A stretch of DNA of 64,000 nucleotides, from NCBI GenBank assembly GCA_000934665.2, contig KZ538516.1, forward strand, positions 1 through 64,000, read 5' to 3'. The DNA is from Catajapyx aquilonaris. Lineage: Eukaryota. The notes below the pieces were generated by a model that was not told the origin of the DNA, made no database searches, and saw only the letters and a list, made by a program, of their open reading frames with translations. This document shows, piece by piece, positions 24,708 through 39,500 of this stretch (position 1 is its first letter; every line of letters starts with the position of its first letter). Position numbers and translations under genes: made by a program.

Positions 24708-27700
24708 AAAATTTATTATTCGACGTTATTTCCTCATCGTCGTCATCATCATTAGTAGGCCAAGTTAGGCGGTAAGATGCATCCTCAAGTACTAACTGTA
24801 AGATATGTTTGTTCGAGAATACATCAGACACTTCCAAAGTTCCAAGTTGTCACGTAGGCTACATAACATCCTGATTAATATAGTGGCATTGGAATTATGG
24901 TGGTATAGTCTTGTACTGTACGAGTTTATGATACTGTTACATTGCTCTTTACGTTAAGCTGATCGGAGTAATGCGACCGATTAGAAGCGCCACCTGAGCG
25001 TTGAACAAAATGTGCATAACGATACAGTACTTTCCATGGCCAATAGATGGCTAGTGGCCTACTACTGCATCAGAAGAGTGCGTGCAGCAGGCGGTTCGTT
25101 TGTATTCAGTGTTCATCGTTTAGGCGCGGTCATTTCAAGGTCGCAATATTCTTGCACTTGAAGAACACAATCACACACACATTTAAAAAACCTTTACAAT
25201 TACAGTGTTTTAAAAATAAAATAATGTCTACATTTAACTTACTCTACGGAAACAGGCAGAAACTAATTTGTTCAGAGTTACGTATGTAGGCCTAAATATT
25301 CCTGATATTGCATATGCCGTCTATATAAAGACGAGGTGACGCAAGTTCATCAAAATTCACCTCGACCTCCGCATCCAACGATAGTTAGAAAAATATTCCC
25401 AGCGCAGCCTATACACTTTGCAAGTGCAAATTTTCTTGACTGGCACTAATGATGTGCAAAGTTAAAACCATGTTCAAAAACGACTGTTTCGACCTTTCGC
25501 GTAAACTACCTTGCCACTGTTGGTTTCTACCATGCAGTCAAGGCCTCTTTTTTTCGAACATTTTTGTGGTTAGCCCTAAGTGCAATAATTGACCAAATGA
25601 ATGGTACATATTGCCTTTTGATGGGATCTTCAGTTATGTGGGAAACGATTCTTCCGGCATGCAACCGCACATTTTGCTTTTTGCAGGTGAAACCAAGTGA
25701 AACAATATAGCGCTGGGGGAAAGAGATGTTATAGATGAATGGACATCAGCGCACCCTGTTCCTCAGCAAATGGCGGATTTAGTTCAAACTTGGCGCCACT
25801 TTCTTACCATATGGTTATAGATTGTGAAAGGTAATACTATTTCAGTTTGTTTGTAGACCTATGACCCTTGTGCCCGGCGTCGGAGAAAAAACTCCCTCTT
25901 TATATTTGTGTATGTTATGAAGATGTGACAGCTATCGATTTGGACAATATTCCCCTAAAGCTGTGTGTACCTTAGGTCAACATCAAATGATTACTTAAAC
26001 TGAAAAGACTTCAACTTAACAATAATGCATGATTGGAACTGCACGCGAGAATCTTGCGGAATACTGGAGGCTTGAAAATAAAATCGTGACTGGATAGATT
26101 GAAGGACTATACAGAATTGACATGTAAGTTAGTTCCTTATGGCATAGTAACCAGTTTCAAGGTAGCAACGCTATCCTGAAGCAATTGCCATGTTTTCAAA
26201 ATGGCGCGCATATGAATTGTCGAACTGTTATCAGTCTATATCTTTGGTACAATGGGATGGAATTCAAATTACATTTCCGAAATAGAAATGTCAAGAGACA
26301 TGGAATATTTCTTGCCTCTACTATTATTACTCTTAGAGCAAATATTTTCCTTGTAGGCGGCTATTGTTGAAAGCGTAACGGGTCTCTCTTTTGGTAAAGC
26401 TGTCTCAATGACCTCACCGATGTGATGTGGGTGGAAACCGCAAAATGGTGTAAGACTATCTTGGACAAACTTTCTGGAAAACTGAAAATGGCTCCTCAAA
26501 CACATTTTATTACCAGCCACAGATTCCCACTGGTGCATTCACCTCTAGTTTTTAAAATGTAGTTTTTTCTAACCTTTTTATGTACATATAAGCGTGCATC
26601 TGAAGAAATAATGTCCTCAGACAACATTTTAATCTCTATACAGAAATTGAACAAAATATTTATTTTTTTTTCATTATGGGAAACCTTGCTACATTTCTAG
26701 CTCTCCATTCGGCAGTTATTCGCTTGTACCTCCGCTACTCTTCACTTGTCGAAATTCAATGCCTGAATACAATAACTTTGAAAGGTCGTGCTCTACAACT
26801 TTTGTAGGAAAGGTTTCATTCTAGTGTTGACAGTTTCCAAGATACTGAAAAAGTGCGATTGATTTACGAGCCACTTTATGCAATGGCGAATGCGCTAGAG
26901 ACATTTGATAAACAATTCGCCTCATTAAGGTGCATGAGTGATAGGCTACAATTTTTATAAAGCATATTGGCGTTTTCGTTTATTTTAAACTTTTCGCATC
27001 AGTGGAATATGGTTCATAGGAGGCACCTTCGTTCCTCACCAAAAAAAATCAGCTTTCGCAGGTGTACAAGAGAAACATTTGATGTCGGCGTAATAATAGT
27101 AGAGGAAACAAATATTCCAAACCCCGAGACCTTTCCATTGTCGTAAAGGAAAACTTTCAATGTCTCATAGACCCGGAGATATGGCTTGAGCAAACTGTCT
27201 TGTCAATTTATTTGAAATTGTAATGGACGGAACCAACGTGTCTTTGATATCTGGAAACCGCGTGTTATAAAATAAGGGGCTATTAGGTTTTTGTGTAAAC
27301 AACATCGCTGATTGGTCCGCCAAAACTCGCCGGTGAGCTTCATTTTGACGAGTTTTCAGGATATTGTGGTTTTGTATACGCTGACGGACAGGAATAATTA
27401 TTTGGCCCAGTTTCAAATGGCCACAGATGGCTCCAGAAACCTGAAATTATTTTTAATTTTATATAACATCGGTAGGTAATTCCAAATTTTTCGAGTGACG
27501 TAATTTTCACTACTATTTCTTCACTAATCCTACTACAGTAGCCGTTTTTATAATATCGTGGCGAAATCAGAAGAATTGCATGAGGTTCAGGGCTGTATGG
27601 ATGTGCAATGGTAGGATTTGCTCTTCCACCTCTGAGGTAATGATTAAACCGGATTAAACCATCTGGTCGGGCAATAATAGATTTCTCTATGAGCACCAAC

Positions 27701-28427
27701 AGTTTAGATGCGTTCTTTCCTTGCTTGTGGCGGTTTTCGTGGGTTGTTCTATTTCTTTCTCATCATAATTATCAGCAATGTGGCAATAAAATAATGCTGA
27801 AGGTAATCAATTTATAAACATTTTTAAAGAGTCGACAGACGAGCCACTATACCGGAGTTCCTCATCATGGTCCTCATCATGTCGTCGGCTATTTAAGACG
27901 TTAGAAGCTTACATCGCGGTTTTATCTATCGGTTTGGCTATTTATTAATTTGTATTGGCTATATGTTGATTTCTGCTTTTTTGGTAATATGTCTAGGTTT
28001 AATTGCGTTTTTTTCCTACGTCGCTCTTGACTTGTCCTTGCGTATAACAACGGGTTTCTATATGCCGGGTCGGGGACTCATAAAGGGCTAACCCTGGCCC
28101 GAACCAAAAAAAAAGTTTACAAACATAGCCTGTAGGCCTATCTGACGGAACTCATGTTCCCAACCCAAAATTCCCCACTCCCTTCCAACCCCGCCATGCC
28201 CCATATATTTACGCCAGTGTAGTGTATAAATAAAGTTCCGGAAAAGTTTATGGGCCGAATTAAAGGAAAAAAAGATAACAAAAACCAGTTTTAAAAGGCT
28301 TATTAATGTGCCACATCCGCATATGCTAAACCGAAATTGCTGACGTAAGCAAAGAAAAATTGGTTTAAAACTATTACTCTTAGGGTTTTTAAACTGGCAT
28401 ATTTTCATATTTTTAGTTGAGACAGAA

Positions 28428-28484
28428 CTGTCTCAACTAAAAACTAAAAACTAAAAACTAAAAATATGAAAAATATGAAAATAT
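28428..28484. repeat. Short tandem repeats (ACTAAAA)n and (AAAATATG)n
   Basis: Directly visible. Confidence 0.75.
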
Positions 28485-29129
28485 GTTTTTGATAGATCTA
28501 GTGATTATTGCTATATGACGGTCCTTCTAAGGAGCTTCCCTCCACCATCCCTCACAACTTTGCGCATACCCGCTATTTACTTGGGACTACACCACTGTCG
28601 AAGACTGTTCGTATCTTTGTTTTTGTTTCTATCCATCCAATTGACCTTCGACTGACACAAGGCAGGTGTGGCTTTTGCAATTCCGCACGACTCATCCCTG
28701 CCTTCAAGACGACCTTCTCTGCGCATATACAGGGATATGTATATACCCTCAGGCGCCACCCATTTCATACTGACACGTCACTCGTGTGGACTAAACTTGC
28801 CGTTCTTTTACTCATCCAAACAATCCATTCAATTTACCTTGGCAATGAAACCAAGAGGATATAATCATTAAGTTTTTCAGGCATAACGGTGATTCTCACC
28901 ATAGAAACGCGGTTAGCCTCTTGTGAGTTTCGAGGTGATAATTCCTGAGGATGAGTCGTGGACACGCATTAAAATAATATGCAATTTTTTGTGGCCAAAG
29001 TATGGTCATTTACGCGGGCATTTTTTTTTTTTTGAGAAGGATCCTGAAGGGCCTTTATTGACGCCGAATTGTTTATTCGTCAGCCAAATGTACAATATTT
29101 ACAGGCAACCTAATTCTGTACAGATAGAG

Positions 29130-29255
29130 CCATATAGGGAAGAAAGGAAGCGGCTGTGGTCATTCCGGTAAGAACACCATACCGGAATTATTCTCGTGAA
29201 AGTAATATAGGAAAACCGCACGCTAAATAGCTGGAACCGGGGATCTCAATTTCCG
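29130..29255 (-). mobile_element. Decayed SINE family B fragment
   Basis: AAAGGAAGCGGCTGTGG is the reverse complement of the family-B CCACAGCCGCTTCCTT motif; degenerate head at ~29235-29255. Confidence 0.5.
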
Positions 29256-31788
29256 AGGCCGTATAACAAAACCATAAATTATGATGAATTCAAATCTGAA
29301 CACTATTAATACACGATCTTCTGTTACATGCAAATGTACATATGAACTTAACACAAATTGTGATGTTTAAATATTAAAAGTTGATTTCATGTTATTATTT
29401 GATTCACTGTATAATTTAGAATTTTAAATCGCTTCATTGATAAATATTGTTCCATCGTAGGTGATATTACCATCATCATAAGATGAATAAGATATGCAAA
29501 ATCGCTGAATCTTAAAGCAGCAGATGTCGCCACAGCTATACTTATTAGGCTACAGTATAACGTATAGGTTACATATGCATATGCCTCACCTGCTGCCACA
29601 CCTTTCTGAGTTTTTCTTATATGCAATACTACCATTATTGGCACGTTTTCATCCTTTTCTCATCCCCTTCCTATTGTCGACATTTTTCAACCTGTCATTG
29701 TCAACGAGCCGATTCAGCTTGAACAAAGGACTGAGCCCCACCCCTTAACAATTCAAATCAGATGACCACTGGTGTATGATCGCATTTGGCATTTCTCAGC
29801 CCCCTTGAAGGAAGAAGAACAAGTAAAAAAAAAAAAAAAAAAAAGAAGCGGTGTTCTTCGATGGTGCCCCCTTCTTATGGCCTCTTGATGGGGTGGTAGA
29901 AGGAAGGGGGTGGAGGTGTGGTAGGTGGAATGGAGGGGTTGGTAGGGGTGGCTCCCTCCGCTGGGTGGAAAAGAAGTTTCTTGGGACACAGGACGCGCAG
30001 GTATGCACGCGTCCCGGGAATGCAGGCCCAGCCTTCCTCGGCCGGCATTTCAATGAAGAGTCCGCCCCGGGGCGAGGCCAACCTGTGCCAAGCCAAACTC
30101 AGGGGGGAAAGATGTGGTGGTTTGGTGGGGAAATAACCCTGCCGGTTTTGCTTGTGTACGTGGAGCTAGATAGGTGCCTGGATTTTTCTTTTTTATGCCA
30201 GCAGATTAGTAGAGGAGAATTGTGGTACCTTCTGCGAAAAGGAGAGCGGTTTTTTTGGCATTTGATTGTACACCCCCCCCNCAGGCATGTAGATTTTAAA
30301 ATTTTGCTCCTTGTTTGATACCGTAGCAAAAGGCGACGAGTGAGTTGTTCTTATGAGTTGTTGGCATTTGAATTGCTTTTAACAAAGCAGCATTCATTGA
30401 GAAATTATAACAGACCAATCTTCACTATAAAACTATATAGCCTAACGATAACGTGCCAATAATATTTTGTATTGGCTATGTCGTGACTTGTACAGTATAA
30501 TATGAATATGACCTATATGATATGTATGTAATGATGACATACCCAAAAGAAATATTATAAGAATTTTTATAACCTGACACAGCTGCACACCTCAGAAAGA
30601 AGCCCATAAAATATGCTATTCTCTACCTGGAGTGACAATGTTATCTACTCAGGAAGCGCAACCCACACATGCATTCAGCAGGCCTTTATATGCTTTAAAT
30701 GAATTTGCTCGTGTCCGTTGAATAGTTGCGGTATGTCCAAGTTATACTGTTCACATTTTAAAATACGCACGTGCATGTTATTTTTGTCCAGAGAAATGAG
30801 TTTACACTTTTCAGTTCCTTTTTCCGGAGCAGCAGAATATTAGAATGTGTACTGGATATTCAGCTATCTGTATCGGTACTTGTAGTGAGTAGATAATATA
30901 CATAGGCTCCTGTGACTTGACAAATCTGAAGTATCTCACCCAATAAATAGCTCAGTGATAAAGCTGTGCTCACATCAGATATGAATGAACAAACGTTTTC
31001 TACGATTTGTACAGTATACAGTACATCATGGAAATCAATAGCCTATAATTACTATCAAAACCACAATTACAAGGTGACATTTGCTCGTCTCATTAATTGA
31101 ATTATTTACATTCGTACTTTTGTTGTTGTTGGTTAATGACGCAACGTATCTGAAAAATTCATTTGTACGCCATAACTGCACTGCCTTTTTTGGATAAGAA
31201 CCGTAAGACCGAACTTGGAACATACAGGACGTGTTCAGCATAGCTGAAGATGATTATTCATTGTAATCCATCATTAGGAAACAAAGAAGAAATTTATTTA
31301 ATAATTTCTCTTTTGCAATTCCACAAGTGCAATATTACTGGCAAGGAGCGTAACAGCACGTAAATACCACTCATACGTTCTGCACCTGTGAATAATGCCC
31401 CTCATAAAACACTTCTTTAATACCTTGCTACGAATCTGAAGTATTCAGATAGCAAAATTCTCTAGGTTAAATGATGTCAACATTCCTTACAAGGATATAC
31501 GCGCTAGCCTACATGGTTGCAAAGGCGCAAAATTTATTGTGCATTTCATCTCCTTTACCACTGAAGCGTGTGGTGACCATATAATGCGAGACACCCACCA
31601 GTACAAAATGTTATTATAAAAATTTGAGGAATAAAGTCATGAGAGGTATAAAAGTAGATGCAATCGATAAGTTGTAAACAAAGGGCACTATCAATAAAAA
31701 TACCTTCCTCACGCAATTTGCGATCTTGAAAAAGGTAACCTCTGATATATTCGCACGCGTCAAAGACCAAAATACGATTGAGTGCACA

Positions 31789-33260
31789 TGACGTCATCTG
31801 GAAATTGAGTTTCACCTGACCAGCTCATCTCTGGCATTCCACGTGCCAATTTGGTTATGGACCACACCTGAGTGAATTGAGAGCAGGTAGGTGATGTAAT
31901 AAGGACGCCAATGGATTTCTGCCTTTTCCTGATGCCCGGGGGCCTCCATCTTCACCTGTTGGTCTTGGTCAAGGGCTCCCATCGATCCCCATCCAAGTTC
32001 ATAAAAGTCGATTCTCTAACAGGTAGAGAGCTCCATTTCTCCTATTTCCGTCGACGTTGCTAACATCAGTCTTTTTCAGCCAAGCCGCTTAGATGTCGAG
32101 GGGACACTCATTTTCATTACCCTATTGACCCCTGTGGGGACAGGTAACAAAAGGCCGAAAGGGAAATGGGATGGACTTGGTTCAGCGACCACCGTCCTGT
32201 TTCCCTAGGAAATTAGATATAAAAAAAACTTTTGTGAACAGATAAGGGAAGTTGCATTACTAGGTTAGATTGTTTTCCCATCGCATTCCGACGTCCCACA
32301 CTTCTAGCCGTGACCACGTCGTTTATACGCAGTACAATGTGTTAACTAAGTTGGTCATCACGCACAATTAGACAAATTTTTGCTGGGAGATGGTGCTGAC
32401 CACAATTTTGCAACCTTGACTGACATGAGTTTTTTTCCCCCCCTTTAGTTGCCCCCCTCTGAAACCCACTATGCCAGGTAGCTCAGCGTGGAATAAACTT
32501 GGAGCTGATTACAATCTAGCCGTGTGGGATCTCTTTTCACCAGTCAGCACGCAAAACCATATTAAACCGCATACTCTCTAAGCTTGCATAACCCAGTTTT
32601 GTCAACCAGGTGACAAAATATACCGTATAAAAAAAGTACTGCTTCCAAGTGATGGCATGGTCTGGAATGGCCCTTTTGCCACCCGAATTTCTTCTTTTTC
32701 GGCCCCTTCCTTCCAGCAGCAAACACGTTGCTGCCGAAGCCAGTTTCGTGACCACTACCCCAGCAAGGCTACCCCCAAACATTTTGCTCCCCCCTTGATC
32801 GTCCACCCCCACCTACTACCCCCCTACCCACCTCTTTTCCCAGAGAAACCGCGCCAACAGAACAGAAACAGAGACAGGTGTGAGTGTAGCAGGTGTGCTG
32901 TTCTATCCAGGGAATAGTGCGGTAACTATCAGTGTAATTATTATAACGTAGGAATTTTATCAACAAAAAGGAATTTTATAACTAAGAATTTTATCAAAAC
33001 TAGGAATTTTATCATATAAAAAAAATGTGTGGCATTTGTGTGCAATACACTCCTGATAAAGTAAACATTCCTGACATAAGTGGTAGACCGGGAGGAGGGA
33101 ACTTCCCACAATATTTATGGAGTAGGTTGCGAAATGGTATGTGTATACATAGGCAGGGGAGTGGGGGAATAGCTAGGTCCGCCTCCCCCACCTAGTGGGA
33201 GAGATAGGCTCAGTCAGTCAGTCTCGCCTGAGTGAGCCGACAGTGCGCAGGTACACGCAG
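31789..33260. promoter_or_regulatory. Putative enhancer/promoter of the PDZ gene
   Basis: 11 CAGGTG/CAGGTA sites (either strand), a CRE at 31789, a CACGTG E-box at 31840 and Inr-like TCAGT repeats at ~33210. Confidence 0.45.
32950..33016. repeat. Four imperfect tandem copies of AGGAATTTTATC
   Basis: Directly visible. Confidence 0.75.
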
Positions 33261-33410
33261 GATAAAGCAGTTTGACAGCCACTGTAAGAGCCACGCACTC
33301 AACTCTTCTTTACTCCTACAGGGGGACTTTTTGGTGGTGGTCATCATGAGTTAAAAGTGCATCAAGAGTGTCGTGTGTGTAAAGTGTTTTTGGAACATTG
33401 TGGATGACTC

Positions 33411-33537
33411 ATGGAGGCTGAAACGTGCTATTCGTCAGGAAGCATCGCAGGTGCAGTGTTGGGGACTTTTTTCACCACGCTGCTTCTGGTGGCCATTGGA
33501 TATGCCTTCTGGAAACATTACTGGAAGAAACGGAAAG
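33411..33537 (+). CDS. Transmembrane PDZ-domain protein, coding exon 1 (signal-anchor TM helix)
   Basis: MEAETCYSSGSIAGAVLGTFFTTLLLVAIGYAFWKHYWKKRK(G): hydrophobic helix followed by a basic stop-transfer stretch; in-frame TGA 6 nt upstream of the ATG; GTATGT donor in phase 1. Confidence 0.8.
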
Positions 33538-36500
33538 GTATGTCCATTGTGTTTTGCCGTTTTTATTGGCCGTCAACCGCGCGTGGTTTGGAAGGCCGAT
33601 CATTCCTAGGGCACTTTGGCCGATAAGGAGGCCAGAAATAGAGATAACGGAGGTATTTCCTGACCGATACTGACAACAAACCGCTAATCATTTTGTGTAC
33701 ACGATTGGAACATGCCAATAGAAACACGCGGAGTCAATTGGTAGGGACGCGCCAAGTGCAAAGTTGAACTACTTTGTGGCTACACGTGTATAGGTCTGGA
33801 CAATAAACCTGTTTATTTACCCATGGTTGATTTCTGTCCGGTCATCTGACAAATCTAGGTTCAAGGGCTAGATGCGCGTCCCTTGAGGAGAAATAGCAAA
33901 GATTTAACAGGATATCCGGCCATTTGCAAGTCTGTAATTTTTTTTGCAGTGTACGCCTATTGAGTTGTGTCAAGTTTGGTCAGGCATGTTGATTCCAAGT
34001 TGCACCTGTAGCTAGTCCTGTCGCCGACCCTTGATGTCCCACTTATTTTACATGCGGCCAGCCTCGGAATAACAGCTATAAGCCCGTCCTCCTATTGTCC
34101 TGCTGTGTCCCGTCCATTTTGTCAACGGCAACATTTCTCCACAAAATTACTAGTATTATGAATTCATCGTGGTCGGTAACAATCGGCAAACTCAGGAGGA
34201 CAGCATTAGAAATGCTTCCAACTTTGCTTTCTTTTGAAAGAAGGTAAATCTCGCCGACAGACAAGGACTCGCACCTTTCACTGCGAACACTGTTAAGCCA
34301 AGCCCAAATCTACTGGCCAGTATTGACCCTTTATGGTCTTATCAAATTGCCATCCAGGTAATAAAGTGTGGTGGGGAGACATGGCCGCATACCGGCATTT
34401 TCGGAGTGGAAACCGAATGAAGCGTTCAAATGGTTATCGTCATCAATCCCTGCAAACTGGAAACCCGTTTAACCTCGTTTACAAACCAGATCTACTTTCA
34501 TACCTGTTGACGTAGCCATTGCGTACGAAGGAATGCAATTTCCACGCTTTATCCTCAATACACTGTCAGCACTGTTGCAGACCGGGTAATTGCTCATTTG
34601 TCCAGATCTACATTGTTGCCTCACCACTTCCCCAACTGGTATTTTTTTAAAAACACTCAGACAATGTGACACTTCAAGTGCAACAGGCAATCAGGTAATC
34701 AATTACCGGTGCGCTCACATTCCACTCGTGCTGTTTGGAAGTTGCTGCAATATGTGGAGGAGAGCGTGTAGGCATAGCAATTTGTGTCGAATTAAATCCT
34801 GACCTTACACCTGGCATACGATTAGGTAAATGTACGCACCATTGTTTGTACGTCAGCTGCTGAAAATTCAAAGATGACTTCATATTTTTATAATTGCCAC
34901 TTCCCGTAAAACGGAATGTTTCAAGGCTTTCATCAAATTCTTCATTAAAAATATCTATTCCACCCAAATAATACCGTCATACCGGTACGTTTAGAACCCT
35001 GTATTTGGACCATACGGAGATCTAAAAAAATATCAGCTGGCGTTATTTTGAAAGAAGGCTCACATTCTCTCACCATTTTACCTGTAGCAGCTCCCCCTCA
35101 CCATTTTTTCCCTTCATTTTTTTCCCACGGCCAACACCACCTGTGGTATGCGACCTCTCTCTATCTCCAAAGGCCTTGCAGGTGGACTTCAGAGGGTCAG
35201 GCACCCAACCAAAAACTTTCACTCCGGAGGGGATCAGATTGGAATATATGCCCCCAAAAGCCTCTTTTGCTGCTGTTGCACGGATGCTTGGTTGATTGAG
35301 AAAGGTCTTCAGCTCCTCAACCCCTCAGCATGCTATTAGGCGGTTCCAGGTATGGAGCCGCAGGATCCTTTCAGAATGGGGATTACTCACTGCTGTAGAA
35401 GGAATCTCATTCTTAAAAAAAAAAAAATTAAACATCACATGTGTCACGTACGTCACACTTAGCTGACTATATTATGGCATCTAGCAAAGGAGTAGGTCAT
35501 GGGAGCTATCCAACTTTGGAGGAGTGGTTCATTAGCAAGTCAAAACCTTATTTTCTATGGTTAGGCGGCTTCGGTACAGGCAAATTTGCAATGGACAAAA
35601 AGAAGTATTTAGTGCCTAGAGAAATTCCAGGAGACACAGCTCATTTTTCTATCTGTGTCAATGGCACTTTTAGCAGCGGACGGGTTTTTGCTTTCAATCG
35701 TGCTTGGGGGACGCCAACGGGCCGATGGAATGTCATAAACAATAGCTCGCTAACTTGGAGTAATGTGTAAATAAAATCTGAGACTATTTGGAATTCAGGG
35801 TGCCCTGTAGCAGATAACGTTACGAGTGTGTGATATATATTTTTTTATCGTGGTTACCAGCAGGATGTGACTACCGGTACTAAAACTGTACAATAGGTGT
35901 TGATTCTAGCTTCAAAGAGATTACCTCTATATATTATGAGCGTCTAATCGGGAAATATTGTTTCCTACTGGAATATCCGGAACAATAAGCAATTAATGTC
36001 ATCCGACGATTCCGATAAGCTGAAAAATGCGGCGTAAGAGCAGGAACTATTATAGTCACAGTTCAGTAATTTATTTCGCTGATGCGTCTGCAGGAAATGC
36101 GATACAAAGCGAATATTACTTTGTTAAGTAGATTTTTAATACTACTGGTTTTTATGAGTTGGTGTATTTTCTTATCTGGCTTCACGCCGTGATAATTGCG
36201 TGGCTTAAATTCCAGCGCAAATAAATTTTCAATAGCATTCCAGTCTATAGTCTCTAGATAGGTTGGAATGCATTGGCTCTGCTAATACAGTATAACCCCA
36301 AAAGGCGTATCCCGTAGCAACAGTTTGCCCTCCAGGTAGCAAGCGGTGATTGATGACTAACTAAATTACGTTGTTTTTGAACCAGACAAAAAAAGGGTTT
36401 ATTAACAATTGCCATTCGGCACAGTAAATTACACTTCTGAAATATTACCAATGAAAATTGCATTGTTCATACACATACGTGTTGCTCTAAGTCCATTATT

Positions 36501-39500
36501 ATTTTTTTTCTTTAGACTAATTTTTTTTTCTAAGTCCGTAATCCGTGAAATTGTGTTTTGGAGGCTGTTTATCTTGTAGTAATTGAAGGAGCACTTTTCT
36601 GCCTTAAGCTTGTACTGAGAACACCTTGCAACACAATTAATAGAGCCTGTCACACACCAGCACATCATCCTACTGAAGGTTCAAACAACACCTGCTAGGT
36701 GCTTAGTGCCAGTATGTTAAGCAAACAACCGAAACGTTGCGTACCATACATTTGAGAGTAAAAATGCAAAGGTGCGTGATGAAAATCTGGGATTATTTAG
36801 CCAAATGATGGGACCGTGGCAAAATACGAGGAAATGCCGGCATCAGGGCGTGGTCGATGGTGAAATGATAATATTTGGCAACCGCGATCAGTGAAGCCTT
36901 CTTCCTTCATTCCAAGGCTCACTTGTTGACACGGGATTCAAAATATCAGCGGGATGTTAAAGATGACACAAGCGGTATTTATGATATCTACCAGGTTGCG
37001 TTATAACATGTCAATGCCACGCGATACGACCACGTAAACAATAATTGTCGCCAATTTTTATTAGTTGCCAAACATTGCTGCTGGTCAGTTTCATCCCTTT
37101 GGAATATATAAAAAAATGGGGAAGAAAAAAATCTGGCAGACCATGAAAGAAGTATGAATCGAATTCAGAAACGAGGACATCAAACTCACGATGCCAGTGT
37201 GTAATGAGAAATCGTATCCGGAGCCTTAGTCTGAAACCTGTCCTAGTCGACCCTCTTGACCTTGCCTCAAAGTGCATTTCTGACCGATGTCATCACCTTC
37301 CTTCCAACAGTTCAAGGTTCTCCAGACATGACCCCTCCCACAAAAGTGTGCTGTAGAGGGTGTGGTTTTGTGTGTGAGTCCGTCAGTCACACGCCGGCTA
37401 AATATTGGAATAACATTTACCTATTTCGACTCATACTTGTGGGTGGGAGGGGGTGTCCCTGAAATTTTATAGATTTATGACGTCAACGGTGAATCTGCTC
37501 CCCTAACAAACGCTTGGGGCGAAATGGCCTGCTGAAACACCAACAAGATATCCTGTGTTCATAGCGTTCAATGGAAACTCGCATGTCCGGTTTTGCTCCG
37601 TGGCACTTAGGTCTGGCCTTGAACTTCGACTGGTGCATACCTTTCTTCCCCTTTTGATTGACACTTGGCTTCACAGCTTAACGTGGAATGTCGAAATCGC
37701 TACTCAGCCAATGGGGAAAGAGTGAAAAGCAATGGTCTGAGGAAAGGTATTGGAAGGGTTGAGTGCATCTTTAGTGATATTGAGGATAAATTTAATTATA
37801 ATATCAGCAATATACCAATAGTCGTGATGTTACCCCGTGTCATGGCCCATCACGCCCCTTACATACTACCTGTCCAAGTAAATTATTTTATGCATGTACA
37901 TAACTGCTAATCGCCTTCCTCCACCTTAAAACAATAGGGGAGGGTGATTCTACCTAGAAAAACCCGTCCCTGAAGACTACCAATTTCCAGGAACTCCTAC
38001 TATAATGACACCGGCACGTCAGTGGCTTACACTATGGGGTCCTAGCCTTGGTCTGGGATTTGGGGGTTTTTGTTCATAAATAGCTGGCCCATGCATGTGC
38101 ATCAAAATGGCATTACTGGATAAATTACGGCATATTTAAAAGAGTCTCCAAAATTGGCGGGAAAAACGAGGTGTGACCTCTAATGCTATTCTCTTGCCTT
38201 ATAGAATCCCCATGTTGGGAGCAAAATCTTAATTTTCTCCAAATGCTGTTTCATGTTGGCAATCGTTTTTCACTTCTACGTATGCGTGATACCACAAAAT
38301 AATGGGGTAATAGCCTCGGAAACAACCGTTCTCCATTCACCCAATTGACTCCGGGCATCACCGCAATTGACGTAATGAGTTATCCGGCTCGTAAGGTGCA
38401 AATTCGCAGTGAAATAGTTGCAAGCAAAATTTTGCTTTATTGCATTATTTTGATGCCAATGAAACACTAATAGCCTATCTTTAAAGTTGATCATGATCAT
38501 TTTCATTATTAGACTATTTTTCATTCTACTATTTAGCGTAACTTATAGTGTCAATTAATCAGAAGTTGGCCTAAGTGTAAGTAGACCCAATTTTAAGCGT
38601 AATGGCTCAATCACACATGCACATGTGTAATAAAATTAACAAAAATTTTTGATTCCCACCCTGATATCAGACATCTTCACACATTTGAACCTAATGAAAT
38701 AATTAATTACATAGCCCTCCGCGTTCATTACAGCAGACTTCCGTTTTTGGTACCTACTAGAAAAGCACTTATTAAGACAGAAAAAAATGGTGCCAAAGTA
38801 AATGATCCAGATGCCCGTGGAAAAAGAGCAAGAACATGCTCTCCTTCCCCTCACCCTTCTTCCCATTATTATTATTTTTTTTGTTTTTAAAATGCTTCGC
38901 TAATTATTTTCTGCACTTGAATCCTAGGCCTTGCTTGGCCAGTGGTCAGGCGTGGCTTTTTGGCCTCGGGCCTTTCTTATAAGCTTGCAACCTGTTTTTG
39001 GCTTGGGTGCCAACCCAAACTTCCAGCAACACTATATAGAAAAAAAATGGCTTGTTCGCGAATGAACCCTCAAATCGTAGGCTTTTGTCATACTCATACG
39101 TATGATTGATCGTTTCTACTGCCATGAATTAAATTACGGTTATTTTATGACATGCCTTCCTCCTGGGATTTTAGAATGATTTTAAATGAGTGGTGCAAAA
39201 AGATATGTTTGGCTGGATGGGAACTAAAGGCGTTGCGCAACAGGCTGGCCTGGAAAATTATACACAAGTTGGTGAGGAATGCGGAGTGTAAATAGGACCA
39301 TTATGATTAACCAAGTGTTTATGCACGTTAGAGTCAGATAACAGTAAGTTATTACTGAGAATCCTCCCATCAATGGCTACATGCTAATCTCTACGCATCC
39401 GGTACAAGAATGTCCATTGTAGGCCTATCAGGACGAATCGTTGTTTATCCTCACGTAGACAACAATGTCCATCAGTATGAACTAGTTTGAAGAAAAATTA

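Noticed and set aside
27170..28075. Possible Mutator-like remnant (GACCCGG... termini, FNHYLRGGRANPTI peptide)
   Set aside because: TIR match is short and imperfect, no TSD, peptide similarity too weak
29753..30329. GC-rich patch with several overlapping ORFs
   Set aside because: Low-complexity G/C runs explain the ORFs; no homology or clear splice structure
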